Assembly: GCA_044222065.1 (NCBI GenBank)
Contig: JBGAOA010000001.1
Coordinates: 32,001-96,000 of the forward strand
Length of the DNA stretch: 64,000 nucleotides
Reading direction: 5' to 3'
From: Candidatus Eiseniibacteriota bacterium
Lineage (GTDB): Bacteria > Eisenbacteria > RBG-16-71-46
Below the pieces are notes generated by a model, which saw nothing but the letters and a program-made list of their open reading frames with translations, made no database searches and was not told the origin of the DNA. Positions 18,201 through 27,048 of the stretch are shown piece by piece. The number at the start of each line of letters is the position of its first letter. Positions within the stretch are counted from its first letter, which is position 1. The position numbers and the translations under genes were made by a program.

Positions 18201-18444
18201 CGGGCTGCTGAAGACGAAGACCGAGCGCGAGACCTGCGCGACGTGTCACACCGACCTGTCGAAGCACTACCACCCGACGCAGAGCGACAAGCCCGATCCG
18301 CGCACGGGACGTCCGATGACGTGCTCGAGCTGCCACCGCTCGCACGCCGCGGACTTCGACGGCCTGCTGCAGTTCGATCCGAAGCGCGAGCTGTGCGTGC
18401 AGTGCCACGATCCGTCCATGGCGCCGCCGCCGAAGAAGAAGTAG
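15283..18444 (+). CDS. Giant 42-heme c-type cytochrome built from paired CXXCH repeats
   Basis: Manual count of 42 CxxCH in 1053 aa; repeating unit H-x-P-x4-5-CxxCHxxH-x~14-LCxxCH; Sec signal ending AFA; Lys-rich. Confidence 0.92.
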   Translation: MNRAPRRVLRFAALALLALAAFTLVPSATAFAKPKGQARSCYDCHTESKKAYAKKFVHAPVAKVKCEACHLSHGFQQKLVLVKPAEQLCFDCHADLQKRPAPKFPHAAYAKGECYGCHDSHASDTPHLVRDGGPAASCFKCHEATAKETKLAVQHAPFLKGACGDCHAPHGGAEAKLLTAAPDALCAKCHPAAAVDAKHTKVQRGGLACLDCHAAHASSAPKLARAGAHAPVAEGDCASCHVMEAGKAGKKLVDKVPALCLSCHDDFANLAQRKFPHDPAAEGDCLSCHDPHRGGPDGKLLKASQNKLCAECHSDTMDETKRPAVHKAFAQGECSSCHNVHGSSNEHLAKTPDGAMCATCHTKVAEKIAAPKGVHSPAGKKDCLRCHTPHAGKQNALLVQDERTLCLTCHASTARKVAGKGAHPPFNGGNCTACHDPHQSNQAKLQRVPTAELCGRCHPGVERQLKAEHTHDPAKQGDCLSCHGAHGGEGKGLLISKTATLCADCHDDIAKKAAGPGGHTAAATGKCIACHEPHGGAKPKLLKASGGALCKSCHAGVGQEGDAKHAPVEEGDCLTCHDPHGGVAAPALKKPPATLCLECHDTADADMKTKHQNGDLSGGRCLSCHTPHASKSPGLIGANAHPGFADKNCTKCHGPGAPAAKNLIAAPEALCVRCHDQAKPKAEGARVHDPVTKGRCVVCHTPHASDRKGLVTAPQERLCATCHATVAKDAAMSHGHAPVADGQCASCHDPHQSPWRGLVKKKPSDLCADCHKDLAKRIAEGVPHAPVGRGMCLSCHAPHGSDKPGMVRKEGAALCSGCHDPKGAKLIAKHPGMAMETTKCTSCHDPHVQGKNRTGLIRPFPHLPFARGECTSCHTAKGAKTLVLDEKDLCVKCHEASKNFASKPFPHAAVTSGERCMSCHEPHAGGAKGVLKRSPEKLCFDCHDRSAFKGSKRHEALDDGCNECHAPHGGEGPGLLKTKTERETCATCHTDLSKHYHPTQSDKPDPRTGRPMTCSSCHRSHAADFDGLLQFDPKRELCVQCHDPSMAPPPKKK

Positions 18445-18464
18445 TTCGCCGTCGCTCTCGCCGT

Positions 18465-18498
18465 CGCGCCGCGCGGACCTTCGGGACCGCGCGGCGCG
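18465..18498 (+). terminator. GC-rich hairpin after the cytochrome operon (possible terminator)
   Basis: CGCGCCGCGCGG...cTTCGg...CCGCGCGGCGCG; weak U-tract. Confidence 0.4.
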
Positions 18499-18710
18499 CC
18501 CGTTCGAGGCGCGCGGCGCGGTCCCGCGACCGGTCCGGCGCTCGGACCGGGCCGGAGCGGCCGTTCACCGCCCTGCGACACCCCGACTGAATTCTCGATC
18601 CGTGGCGCTAAACCCGCGACTTTCCGCTGGGATCGGCCGGCGGCGGGGCCTAAACTCGTTCGCACTTTCCGGACAGAGACCGGAACTTCACGAACCGCAG
18701 GAGGGTCCCC

Positions 18711-19202
18711 ATGCGCCTCGTTTCTCCCCGCTCACTGCTTCTCGCCTCCGCCTGCCTTCTCGTGACGGCCTCCGTCGCGAGCGCGTGCCCGAATTCGAAG
18801 GCCGCCGCCACGAAGTCCGCGGCGTGCGCCGCGAAGGCCACGCAGACCGCCGCCGTCGCTCCGGTGCCGAACGTGATCGTGCCCGGGCTCTGGGCCTACC
18901 TCGATCCCGAGACCGGAACCCTGACGGGTTCCGTGACGGACCTCGTGGCGCCGAGCGACCTCGTGACCCCGCCGACGACGCTCGCGCTTCCCGAAGTGCG
19001 GCTTCCCGACGGGTCGTACATGGTCGACCTGCAGGGTCAGTTCATGGAGAACGTCGTGATGCACGTCGATCCGTTCGGCATTCGCAGCTTCGTGTGCGGC
19101 CGCGGCGTCAACGTGAACACGCCGGTCGCCGCGCCGAAGGCCCAGGCCCTCGTGCGCATGCCGTCCACCCTGGAGCCGGTGCCCGCGCCGGTGGAGGAGT
19201 AA
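18711..19202 (+). CDS. Small secreted protein upstream of PA-domain protease
   Basis: Signal peptide; YLDPETG.L...PDGSYMVDLQGQFM...VDPFG motif, resembling proteins I recall annotated as post-PEP-CTERM-1 domain; GGAGGG RBS. Confidence 0.65.
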   Translation: MRLVSPRSLLLASACLLVTASVASACPNSKAAATKSAACAAKATQTAAVAPVPNVIVPGLWAYLDPETGTLTGSVTDLVAPSDLVTPPTTLALPEVRLPDGSYMVDLQGQFMENVVMHVDPFGIRSFVCGRGVNVNTPVAAPKAQALVRMPSTLEPVPAPVEE

Positions 19203-19205
19203 CCC

Positions 19206-21161
19206 GTGCGACTCCACGACACGCTGCGCGGTCTCGCCGCGCTCGTCCTCGCGGGCGGGCTCGCGCTCTCTGCCGCCGTCGCCGACGCGGCGACGATCAT
19301 CATCGTGAACAACGACGGCGCGGGCGAAGGCTTCAACGATGCCACGGCCGTCGCCCCGGTCGGCGGGAATCCCGGCGTCACCCGCGGCCAGCAGCGCCTG
19401 AACGTCTTCACGACCGCGGCCAACATGTGGGGCGCGATGCTCCCGAGCGCGGTCACGATCTCGGTCGCTTCGACCTTCGATCCGCTCACCTGCACGGCCA
19501 CGAGCGCGACGCTCGGCAGCACGGGTCCGCAGACCGCGCACCGCGACTTCGCGGGCGCGATCTTCCCGGGCACGTGGTACCACCAGTCGCTCGCGAACAA
19601 GCTCGCCGGCGTGGACCTGTCGGCGAACCCCGACATGACCTCGCGCTTCAACTCGACGCTCGACGGCGGAACGTGCCTCGGCGGCCTCGTCTGGTACTAC
19701 GGCTACGACGGCCTCGAAGGGGCGAACGTCGAGCTGCTGCCGGTCGTGCTCCACGAGCTCGGCCACGGCCTCAACTTCAGCACCCTCACGAACGGCTCGA
19801 CGGGCGCGTACTTCAACCTGTTCCCGTCGGTGTTCGATCAGTTCCTGTACGACAACACCACGGGTCTGGTGTGGTCCGCCGAAACCGCGGCGCAGCGCGC
19901 GGCGTCGGCCATCGCGCTCGACAAGCTGGCGTGGAACGGCAACGGCGGCCGCTACGTCGCCGCGCACTTCCTCGCGAAGCGCAAGCGCATGGTCGTGAAC
20001 AGCCCCGGCGGCATCGCGGGCATCTACGGCGCGAACGTCGCGGCGTTCGGCCCGCAGAACTACTCGGTGACGGGCAACGTCGTGCTGGTGGACGACGGCG
20101 TCGCGCCGAACAGCGACGGCTGCACGCCGCTCGTGAACGCGGCAGCGGTGGCCGGCAACATCGCGCTGATCGACCGCGGCACCTGCACGTTCGTGTTGAA
20201 GGCGCAGGCGGCGCAGGCCGCGGGCGCGATCGCGGTCATCATCGCGAACAACGCGGCCGGCGCGCTCGCGCCCGGCGGCACGGATCCCTCGATCACGATC
20301 CCGGTCGTGGGCATCACGCTCGCCGACGGCAACACGCTCAAGGCGAACCTGCCGGGCGTGAACGTCACGCTCGACGCCGACCCGGCGCTGCTGACCGGCG
20401 CCGACAACTCGGGCCGTCCGCTCATGTACACGCCGAATCCGTTCACGAGCGGCTCGTCGGTCTCGCACTTCGACGTCACCGCGACGCCGAACGCGCTCAT
20501 GGAGCCGGCGATCAACTCGGACCTCCACACGAACGTCGACATGACGCTCGGCGTGTTCTCGGACGTCGGCTGGCTGGACTACACGGTCTCCACGACGCTC
20601 GCGACGTTCGACGCGACGAGCGACGCCGAGGGCATCCGCATCCACTGGGTGTTCTCGGATCCGAGCGACGTCCGCGTCGTGACCGTCGAGCGTGCGACGA
20701 GCGACGCCGGCCCGTGGGCGCCGGTGGCGGTCGAGATCCTCGACAACTCCTTCGGCACGGTCGCGCTCGACGCGAGCGCCGCGGAAGGCAAGACCTACTA
20801 CTACCGCCTGCAGGTCACGGACCGCGCCGGCAACACGCAGGTGCAGGGTCTCGCGACGGCGCGTCGCGAGGCGACGTTCCGCGGCGCGGCGGTGCTCATG
20901 GCGCCGCGTCCGAACCCGGCCGATCGCGGCACGGCGGTGACGTTCCGCCTCGGACAGCCCGAGTACGTGCGCCTGTCGGTGCTCGACGCGAGCGGCCGCC
21001 TGATCCGCACGGTCCACGACGGCATGCTGTCGCCCGGCGAGCACACGAAGCAGTGGGACGGCATGAGCGACGGCTCGAAGCAGGTGCCCGCCGGCCTCTA
21101 CTTCTTCGCGCTCAAGACGTCGAAGGGCACGGTGACGCAGCGCATCGCCGTCGTGCACTGA
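19206..21161 (+). CDS. Secreted PA-domain zinc metalloprotease with C-terminal FlgD-Ig/T9SS-like domain
   Basis: VLHELGHGL (HExxH); PA domain IALIDRGTCTFVLKAQAAQAAGA; GSSVSHFD..NALMEP; CTD PNP...LSVLDASGRLIRT...WDG...AGLYF...RIAVVH. Confidence 0.85.
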   Translation: MRLHDTLRGLAALVLAGGLALSAAVADAATIIIVNNDGAGEGFNDATAVAPVGGNPGVTRGQQRLNVFTTAANMWGAMLPSAVTISVASTFDPLTCTATSATLGSTGPQTAHRDFAGAIFPGTWYHQSLANKLAGVDLSANPDMTSRFNSTLDGGTCLGGLVWYYGYDGLEGANVELLPVVLHELGHGLNFSTLTNGSTGAYFNLFPSVFDQFLYDNTTGLVWSAETAAQRAASAIALDKLAWNGNGGRYVAAHFLAKRKRMVVNSPGGIAGIYGANVAAFGPQNYSVTGNVVLVDDGVAPNSDGCTPLVNAAAVAGNIALIDRGTCTFVLKAQAAQAAGAIAVIIANNAAGALAPGGTDPSITIPVVGITLADGNTLKANLPGVNVTLDADPALLTGADNSGRPLMYTPNPFTSGSSVSHFDVTATPNALMEPAINSDLHTNVDMTLGVFSDVGWLDYTVSTTLATFDATSDAEGIRIHWVFSDPSDVRVVTVERATSDAGPWAPVAVEILDNSFGTVALDASAAEGKTYYYRLQVTDRAGNTQVQGLATARREATFRGAAVLMAPRPNPADRGTAVTFRLGQPEYVRLSVLDASGRLIRTVHDGMLSPGEHTKQWDGMSDGSKQVPAGLYFFALKTSKGTVTQRIAVVH

Positions 21162-21187
21162 GTCGACAGCCTCACCGCTGAAAGATG

Positions 21188-21225
21188 CGGCCGCCTTCGC
21201 GAGAGCGAAGGCGGCCGTTTCGTTT
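21188..21225 (+). terminator. Intrinsic terminator
   Basis: CGGCCGCCTTCGC-gaga-GCGAAGGCGGCCG followed by TTTCGTTT. Confidence 0.8.
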
Positions 21226-21248
21226 CCGGCGCGCGGGCGCGGTCCGCG

Positions 21249-22958
21249 TCAGGCGCGTCCGGGCTCGAGCGGTCCCAGTTCGAGCCACACGAACGTGAAG
21301 CCGTCGGCGGACTCGAACACCCGCACGTGCGACACGTTCCACTCGGGCCGGCTCGGCGCCTCGCCGGGGGCGCGCATCAGTTCGTCCCAGCCGGGCCACG
21401 CCTTCGACGGTTCGCGGAACGCGAGCAGCACGTGGCGGAAGGGACGAAGCCTGCGGCACGCATCCACGTCCTCGGGCGTGAGCGCGAGGTGGACGACCGG
21501 GTGGCGTGCGAACCACGCGAGGTTCGGCCCGAGGTTGCTCATGACGGGCTCGTCCGCCGGGATCTCGCGATCGAGCTGGATCGAGATCTGGAACAGCGTG
21601 AGCGTGGACGGCATGCCGCGCGTCGCGGCCGCCGACTCGGCCTCGGCGAGCCCGCGGTTCGTGAGCCACGCGCCCCAGCCGAGGAACAGCGCGAGCGCGA
21701 TGCCGGCGAGCGCGCGCACGTTGCGCTCCGGCGAGCCGTAGCGGCCGAGCCGCCACACGAGCGCGAGCGTCGCGATCGTGCCGCCGACGTCGGCGAGGAT
21801 GCGCGCCGGGTACAGGTAGCGGAGCTGCGGCACGCCGAACGCCGCGACCACCAGGTTGAGCGCGAACGCGGCGAGCAGCGCGAGCGCGGCGACGCGAAGC
21901 ACGCGCGGCACGTCGCGCAGTGAGGCCGTGAGCGCGAGGCTCGCGAGCGCGAGAACGCGAACGCCGCTGAACGCGTCGAGCAGCAGCCGGGGCGCGTTGT
22001 GCGCGAACTTCGCGAGCAGCAGCCGCGCAGCCTCGGCCCCGTGCGGAACCGCGGGCGGAGCGGTGCCGTGGACGAGCGAGAACCACGTGCGGCCCTCGAC
22101 GCCGTCCCACAGCGCGAGCGCCGAGAGGTCCCAGCCCGGGTTTCCGAACGCGGACCACTTGTAGAGCCACCACGGCGAGAGCACGAGCGCGTATCCCGCG
22201 AGCGTGAGCAGCGCGACGCGCACGCGCCGGCCGCGCGGCGCGCCGCTCGCCGCGGCGGTCGCGAACATCGGGGCGAGCCACAGCATGTTGCCGCGGAAGA
22301 GCCCGGCGACGCCGAGCGCGAGCCCGAACACGAACGGCCGGAGCGGCGCGACGCCGGAGGCGAGCAGCAGGAACGCTCCCGCGAGTCCGAGCGTGAACGG
22401 CATCTCGGTGAATCCGCCGGTCGCGAAGTGCTGGGATTCGGGGTCGAGCAGCAGCACGGCGGCGGCCGCGCCGCACGCGAGCGAGCGCATCCACGACGGC
22501 AGTTCGGGCGCGTGGATGAGGAGCAGCTTCACGAGCCCGAGCGCGAGCAGGCACGCGGCCATGAGGTACGACGTGAAGGACAGCGTCAGCACGAGCCATT
22601 CGCGCTGGTCGGCGCGGCGGAACTGCGCGACGTCGTGCGAGCCGATCCGCACCCGCTGCGGCGCGAGCTTGAACAGCGCGGCCTCGGCGAGCACGAGCCC
22701 GGGCTGCACGACCGAGAGCGGCCAGGGCGGCGACGGTTGGCGCGCGAGGTCGATCGGCAGCGCGAACGTGGTGCCGAGGCGCCCGGACTGCGCCAGCTCG
22801 CGGGCGGCGAGCGCGTACTGCGCGGCGTCGAAGTTGAGCGCCGGCGAGCGCCGGCCGACGTCCCACGCTTCGGCGTGCAGCATCCAGAGGCCGGTGCCGA
22901 GCACGCCGAGCACGAGCAGCATCACGAGCGCGCTGACCGACTTCCGTGTCGCGTCCAT
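21249..22958 (-). CDS. Polytopic membrane protein, probable GT-C fold glycosyltransferase
   Basis: 569 aa; FDAAQYALAARELA loop after TM1, TEMPF, LSPWW, RYLYP motifs; C-terminal soluble domain. Confidence 0.6.
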   Translation of the reverse strand: MDATRKSVSALVMLLVLGVLGTGLWMLHAEAWDVGRRSPALNFDAAQYALAARELAQSGRLGTTFALPIDLARQPSPPWPLSVVQPGLVLAEAALFKLAPQRVRIGSHDVAQFRRADQREWLVLTLSFTSYLMAACLLALGLVKLLLIHAPELPSWMRSLACGAAAAVLLLDPESQHFATGGFTEMPFTLGLAGAFLLLASGVAPLRPFVFGLALGVAGLFRGNMLWLAPMFATAAASGAPRGRRVRVALLTLAGYALVLSPWWLYKWSAFGNPGWDLSALALWDGVEGRTWFSLVHGTAPPAVPHGAEAARLLLAKFAHNAPRLLLDAFSGVRVLALASLALTASLRDVPRVLRVAALALLAAFALNLVVAAFGVPQLRYLYPARILADVGGTIATLALVWRLGRYGSPERNVRALAGIALALFLGWGAWLTNRGLAEAESAAATRGMPSTLTLFQISIQLDREIPADEPVMSNLGPNLAWFARHPVVHLALTPEDVDACRRLRPFRHVLLAFREPSKAWPGWDELMRAPGEAPSRPEWNVSHVRVFESADGFTFVWLELGPLEPGRA

Positions 22959-23024
22959 GGCCGCACCCTAGCCCGGACGTTCGTCCGACGCCACTGCGGA
23001 ACGGACGCCGCCGCGCGGCGGAGC

Positions 23025-23873
23025 CTAGACGACGTCGAAGCGGGGGGCGCTCGGAATCGCGCCGGCCGCCACCGCGCGTTCGTACAGGCGCGCGATCGCG
23101 CGGCGTCCGGTCTCGCCCATCTCGAGCGTGAGTTCGTTCACGTACATGTGCACGAACGTCTTGCCCTTCTCGACGTCGAGCCCGCGGCCGAAGCGCAACG
23201 CGTAGCGGATCGCGTCCTCTTCGTGGTCGAGCGCCGCCTGAATGCTCGCGCGGAATCCCGTCGAGACCGCCCGCATGAGTTCGGAGCCGAGGTCGCGGCG
23301 CACGACGTCGAGTCCGAGCGGCACCGGCAGGCCGTCGCGCTCCTTCCAGATCTCGCCGAAGTCGAGCACTTTGACGAGCCCTTCCTCGCGGTAGGTGAGC
23401 TGGCTCTCGTGGATGATCACGCCGGCATCGAATTCGCCCGCGGCGACGCGCGCCGGAATCTGGTCGAACATCACTTCGACCGGCGTGCACTCGGGGCACT
23501 CGGTGCGCAGCAGCAGCGCCGCGGTCGTCATGGCCCCCGGGATCGCGACCCGCGCTCCGCGCAGCGATTCGACGCTGCGCGCGCTGCGCGCCACGACGAC
23601 GGGGCCGTACCCGAGCCCCATCGAGGCGCCGCACGCGAGCACCGCGTAGCGGTCGGCGAGGAACGCGTACGCGTGCGCCGAGACGGCGGTGATCTCGAGG
23701 TCGGCGCGCTCGAGCGCGCGACGGTTCAGGCTCTGGATGTCCTCGAGCACGTGCTCGACGTGACAGCCCGGAATGGACGCGAGCCCCTCGTGGAAGCCGT
23801 AGAACATGTAGGCGTCGTCCGCGTCGGGACTGTGGCCGAAGCGCAGCGTGCGAAGGGCGGAGGCGGTGTCCAT
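23025..23873 (-). CDS. mqnD: 1,4-dihydroxy-6-naphthoate synthase (futalosine pathway)
   Basis: GHSPDADDAYMFY, GASMGLGYGP, AIPGAMTTA, DAGVIIHESQLTY, MYVNE motifs. Confidence 0.85.
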   Translation of the reverse strand: MDTASALRTLRFGHSPDADDAYMFYGFHEGLASIPGCHVEHVLEDIQSLNRRALERADLEITAVSAHAYAFLADRYAVLACGASMGLGYGPVVVARSARSVESLRGARVAIPGAMTTAALLLRTECPECTPVEVMFDQIPARVAAGEFDAGVIIHESQLTYREEGLVKVLDFGEIWKERDGLPVPLGLDVVRRDLGSELMRAVSTGFRASIQAALDHEEDAIRYALRFGRGLDVEKGKTFVHMYVNELTLEMGETGRRAIARLYERAVAAGAIPSAPRFDVV

Positions 23874-23973
23874 CGGAACTCCCCGGCTGAGGTCGAAAGC
23901 GGACGCGGAGAGTAGCGCAGCGGCCCGCCGAGCCGAAACCCGGCGGGCCGCGCGTCGCGAGCCGAACGCGCCG

Positions 23974-24297
23974 CTACATGCGGGCGTCGAAGCGCGCCTC
24001 GCCGAGCACGACGTCGGCGAACGCGCAGTAGATGCGGACCGCCGTGATGCCCTTCGCGTACGACGGCAGCGCGATCGAACGGTTCACGCGGTCGCCCGCG
24101 ACCTTGAGGCGCTGGAGCAGGTACGCGTTGCCCATGCCGTCCACGACCTGCCAGTGCGGATCGGGCGCGTCGGGAATCGTGACGTCGTTGCTGAGCGTGA
24201 GCACCTGGGTCGAGCCGTCCATCGACAGCGTGACGTTGCCCGTGCGGACTTCGGGACCCATGAAGGTCGAGCTCATCTTGCTGGCCATCGTCTGCAT
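23974..24297 (-). CDS. DM13-like small protein
   Basis: 3' end of ORF 23974..25722 from MQTMASK with GGAG RBS; G.VT...LTLS.D....APD...L.RLK...IALP...AVRIYCAFADVVLGEA resembles the DM13 pattern. Confidence 0.55.
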   Translation of the reverse strand: MQTMASKMSSTFMGPEVRTGNVTLSMDGSTQVLTLSNDVTIPDAPDPHWQVVDGMGNAYLLQRLKVAGDRVNRSIALPSYAKGITAVRIYCAFADVVLGEARFDARM

Positions 24298-24377
24298 GTG
24301 CGTTCTCCGGGTTCGTGGTGGTGGTGTTCGCGGGACGCCCGATCGAATGCGCCGGCGCGCCCGAGGGTTCCCTGGAT

Positions 24378-26012
24378 TCAGCGCTTCGCCATCGCGTCGA
24401 ACGTCGCGCCCGGGACGAGCATCCGGAGGCGGTAGAGTCCGGTGCGCGCGGTGAAGTACAGCGAGCGTCCGTCGGCGCCGCCCCACGCCATGTTCGCGGG
24501 CAGTTCCGGTCCGCCGATCTTCCCGAGCGCCTTGCCGGACGGGGACACGACCCACACGCCGCCGGGTCCCGAGCAATAGACGTTGCCGCGCGCGTCCACC
24601 TTCAGGCCGTCGAGCGCCTCGTCGCCCGCCGCGGACGTGAGGTCGAAGAACACGCGGCCGTTCGCGAGCGAGCCGTCGCGCTGCACGTCGTAGCGGCGGA
24701 TCACCTTCGCGCGCTCGTCCCAGTTCGCGACGTAGAGCGTCTTCTCGTCGGGCGAGAACGCGAGACCGTTCGGACCGCGGAAGTCCTTCGACACGACGCG
24801 CAGCACGCCGTCCTTCAGGCAGAACACGCCGCTGAAGTCGAGTTCGCGCGCCGGGTCGTCGTGCGCCTTCGGCAGGCCGAACGGCGGATCGGTGAAGTAC
24901 AGCGCGCCGTCCGAGCGGTAGACGAGGTCGTTCGGGCTGTTGAGCCGCTTCCCCTCGTAACGGTCGGCCAGCACGGTCACGCTGCCGTCCCTCTCGATCC
25001 GGGTCACGCGGCGGTTGCCGTGCTCGCACAGCGTGAGGCGGCCCTGCGAATCGAACGCGAGGCCGTTCGAGCCCGGCTGGTGCAGCCGCCCGACGTCGGC
25101 GCCGTCGTACCCGCTCTTCGAGCGGAACACGTCCACGGCGCCGTCCGCACCGTAGCGGTAGACGACGTTCGTGTTCGGGTCGCTGAAGAGCAGCGCGCCG
25201 TCGGGCGACCACACGGGACCTTCGGCGAACTGGAAACCGTCGGCGAGCTTCTCGAGCCGGGCGTCCCGCGCGAGCAGCGCGTCGAACGCCGGGTCGAGGC
25301 GTTCGATCACCGGCGACGTGCCCGCGAGCGCGAGCGCCTGCGGACGCGGCCGGTAGACGTCGAGCGTTGCGCCGCGAATCCAGATGTAATTGGACGGCGA
25401 AGCCGAGATCGGACCGTTGATGCCGAAGATCGCGATCGTGATGCGCTGGCCGGGTCGCACGCCGCGTCCGACGACCACGCGGTTCGGCGCGTTCCAGCCC
25501 GCGACGACGCTGCCGCCCGTCTGGCCGAGCGCGCGCGCGAGCGCGCCGTCCACCCACACCTCGGCGTAGTCGTCCACCGTGGTCTCGAGCACGAGCGTCG
25601 CGCCCGTGGGATCGAGGCCGCCCACGCGGTCGGGCACGGTGAGCGTGAAGCGATACCAGTTGAAGCACAGCTTCCCGGTCGAACGGCGTGCGGCGAGAGT
25701 CGTGGGGTCGAGCACCGGCCACGACGAATCGTCGAAGCCGGCGTCCCCGGCGTGCGGCGCGAAGTCGTACGTGCGGTTCGGCGGGCCGGACGGCTTGAGG
25801 TCGTGCCCCACGGCGCGGAAGTCCACTTCGGCGATCCGCGTGTCGCTGTAGCGCCAGGCGCCCTGGACGGCGGCGACGCCCTCGCGCGTCGCGAGGTCGA
25901 GCCGGGCGTCGGGCGTGCCCGACGGCACGGGCTCGGCGCCGGCGTTCGCGGCGAAGGCGAGCAGGGCGGCCGCGGCGAGCGCGGCCTGCGGAAGACGGAA
26001 CGCGCGCGTCAC
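24378..26012 (-). CDS. Exported SMP-30/gluconolactonase with N-terminal galactose-binding-like domain
   Basis: FAEGPVW, GSNGL, LNSPNDL, YFTDPPFG, PNGLAFSPDE, DGLKVDARGN motifs; signal peptide; VDDYAEVWVDG in the N-domain; GTG overlaps the upstream stop. Confidence 0.85.
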   Translation of the reverse strand: MTRAFRLPQAALAAAALLAFAANAGAEPVPSGTPDARLDLATREGVAAVQGAWRYSDTRIAEVDFRAVGHDLKPSGPPNRTYDFAPHAGDAGFDDSSWPVLDPTTLAARRSTGKLCFNWYRFTLTVPDRVGGLDPTGATLVLETTVDDYAEVWVDGALARALGQTGGSVVAGWNAPNRVVVGRGVRPGQRITIAIFGINGPISASPSNYIWIRGATLDVYRPRPQALALAGTSPVIERLDPAFDALLARDARLEKLADGFQFAEGPVWSPDGALLFSDPNTNVVYRYGADGAVDVFRSKSGYDGADVGRLHQPGSNGLAFDSQGRLTLCEHGNRRVTRIERDGSVTVLADRYEGKRLNSPNDLVYRSDGALYFTDPPFGLPKAHDDPARELDFSGVFCLKDGVLRVVSKDFRGPNGLAFSPDEKTLYVANWDERAKVIRRYDVQRDGSLANGRVFFDLTSAAGDEALDGLKVDARGNVYCSGPGGVWVVSPSGKALGKIGGPELPANMAWGGADGRSLYFTARTGLYRLRMLVPGATFDAMAKR

Positions 26013-26524
26013 GGCTTCACCTCCGATCGCACTTTGATCGTGTAGTAGAGCACCGGCGGCGCGACGTCCTTGAACCAGTGCGGCGTGCCGGCGGGGACGA
26101 CGATCACGTCGCCCTTCGCGAGCACGCGCGTCTCGCCGCCCTCGATCGCTTCGCCGCGGATCTCGTCCGCCGCCGTGTTCTTCGGCGCGCGCACGACGCC
26201 GCCCGTGACGAACGTCGCCGAGCCCTCGAGCACGTAGATGAGATCGGTGTCGCGCGTGTGCACCTCGGCGAGTCCCGGAGCGGTGCGGCGGCTCGTGTGG
26301 ATCATGTACGGGGCGTCGGACTCGGCGTAGAGCACGGCGCCCTCGGCGAACGACTTCGCCACGTTCTCGGCGCGCCAGTAGCGCACCGGCCTCGTCGCCG
26401 GCGGATCGTCGGCGCCGTAGGTCCCGGCGAGCGCGAGCGGGGCGGCGAGACCGAACGCGAGAGCGAACGGCAGGGCGCGCACGACGGCGCGCCGGGCGGA
26501 GACGATTGCGGTGAATGCGTTCAT
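26009..26524 (-). CDS. Exported cupin-domain protein
   Basis: AEVHTRDTDLIYVLEG and GDVIVVPAGTPHWF cupin motifs; signal-like N-terminus; GGAGG RBS. Confidence 0.8.
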   Translation of the reverse strand: MNAFTAIVSARRAVVRALPFALAFGLAAPLALAGTYGADDPPATRPVRYWRAENVAKSFAEGAVLYAESDAPYMIHTSRRTAPGLAEVHTRDTDLIYVLEGSATFVTGGVVRAPKNTAADEIRGEAIEGGETRVLAKGDVIVVPAGTPHWFKDVAPPVLYYTIKVRSEVKP

Positions 26525-26547
26525 GGATCCTCCCTCGCTCGCGGCGC

Positions 26548-27048
26548 TCAGCGCGCGGCCGCGAGACGCTCCCAGTTGGCGACCGCACCGCGCGCGATCT
26601 CTTCGTCCTGCTGCGCGCTCGCGGCGCCGCTCACGCCGATCGCGCCGACCACGACGCCGCCGACGGTCACGGGCACGCCGCCCTGGAGCGGCGTCATCAC
26701 GTCCACGCCGAGCAGCGCGAGACGGCCGCCCTTGATCGCGTCTTCGAACGCCATCGTCGGGCGGCGGAACGTCGCGGCCGTGCGCGCCTTCTCGATCGCG
26801 ACGGTGGCCGCCGCGGGGAACGTGTGGTCGAGGCGCTCGAGGTAGAGCAGGTGGCCGCCGTCGTCCACGATCGCGAGCGCGCCGCCCGGGGCGCCGAGGC
26901 GCCGTGCTTCGTCGGCCGCCGCGCTCGCGACGCGCTTCGCGCCCTCGAGCGTGAGCGCGGGACGCGACTCGGTGGCGTCGGCCGCGTGGGCCGACCGCAG
27001 GGGCGCGGCGAGCAACGCCGCGGCGAACGCGATGCGAAGGAGCGTCAT
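26548..27048 (-). CDS. GlcG/HbpS family heme-binding protein (exported)
   Basis: AIVDDGGHL...AIEKARTA...GGVPV...GAIGVSGA..AQQDEEIA; signal peptide ending AHA. Confidence 0.85.
   Translation of the reverse strand: MTLLRIAFAAALLAAPLRSAHAADATESRPALTLEGAKRVASAAADEARRLGAPGGALAIVDDGGHLLYLERLDHTFPAAATVAIEKARTAATFRRPTMAFEDAIKGGRLALLGVDVMTPLQGGVPVTVGGVVVGAIGVSGAASAQQDEEIARGAVANWERLAAAR

Noticed and set aside
15283..18444. Periodic TGCCAC repeats as a CRISPR array or DNA repeat
   Set aside because: They are Cys-His codons of heme motifs within one ORF; there are no constant-length identical repeats and no cas genes.
18603..18617. Second sigma54 promoter TGGCGC-N5-CCGC before the protease genes
   Set aside because: The -12 element lacks TTGC; GG-N10-GC alone is common by chance at this GC content.
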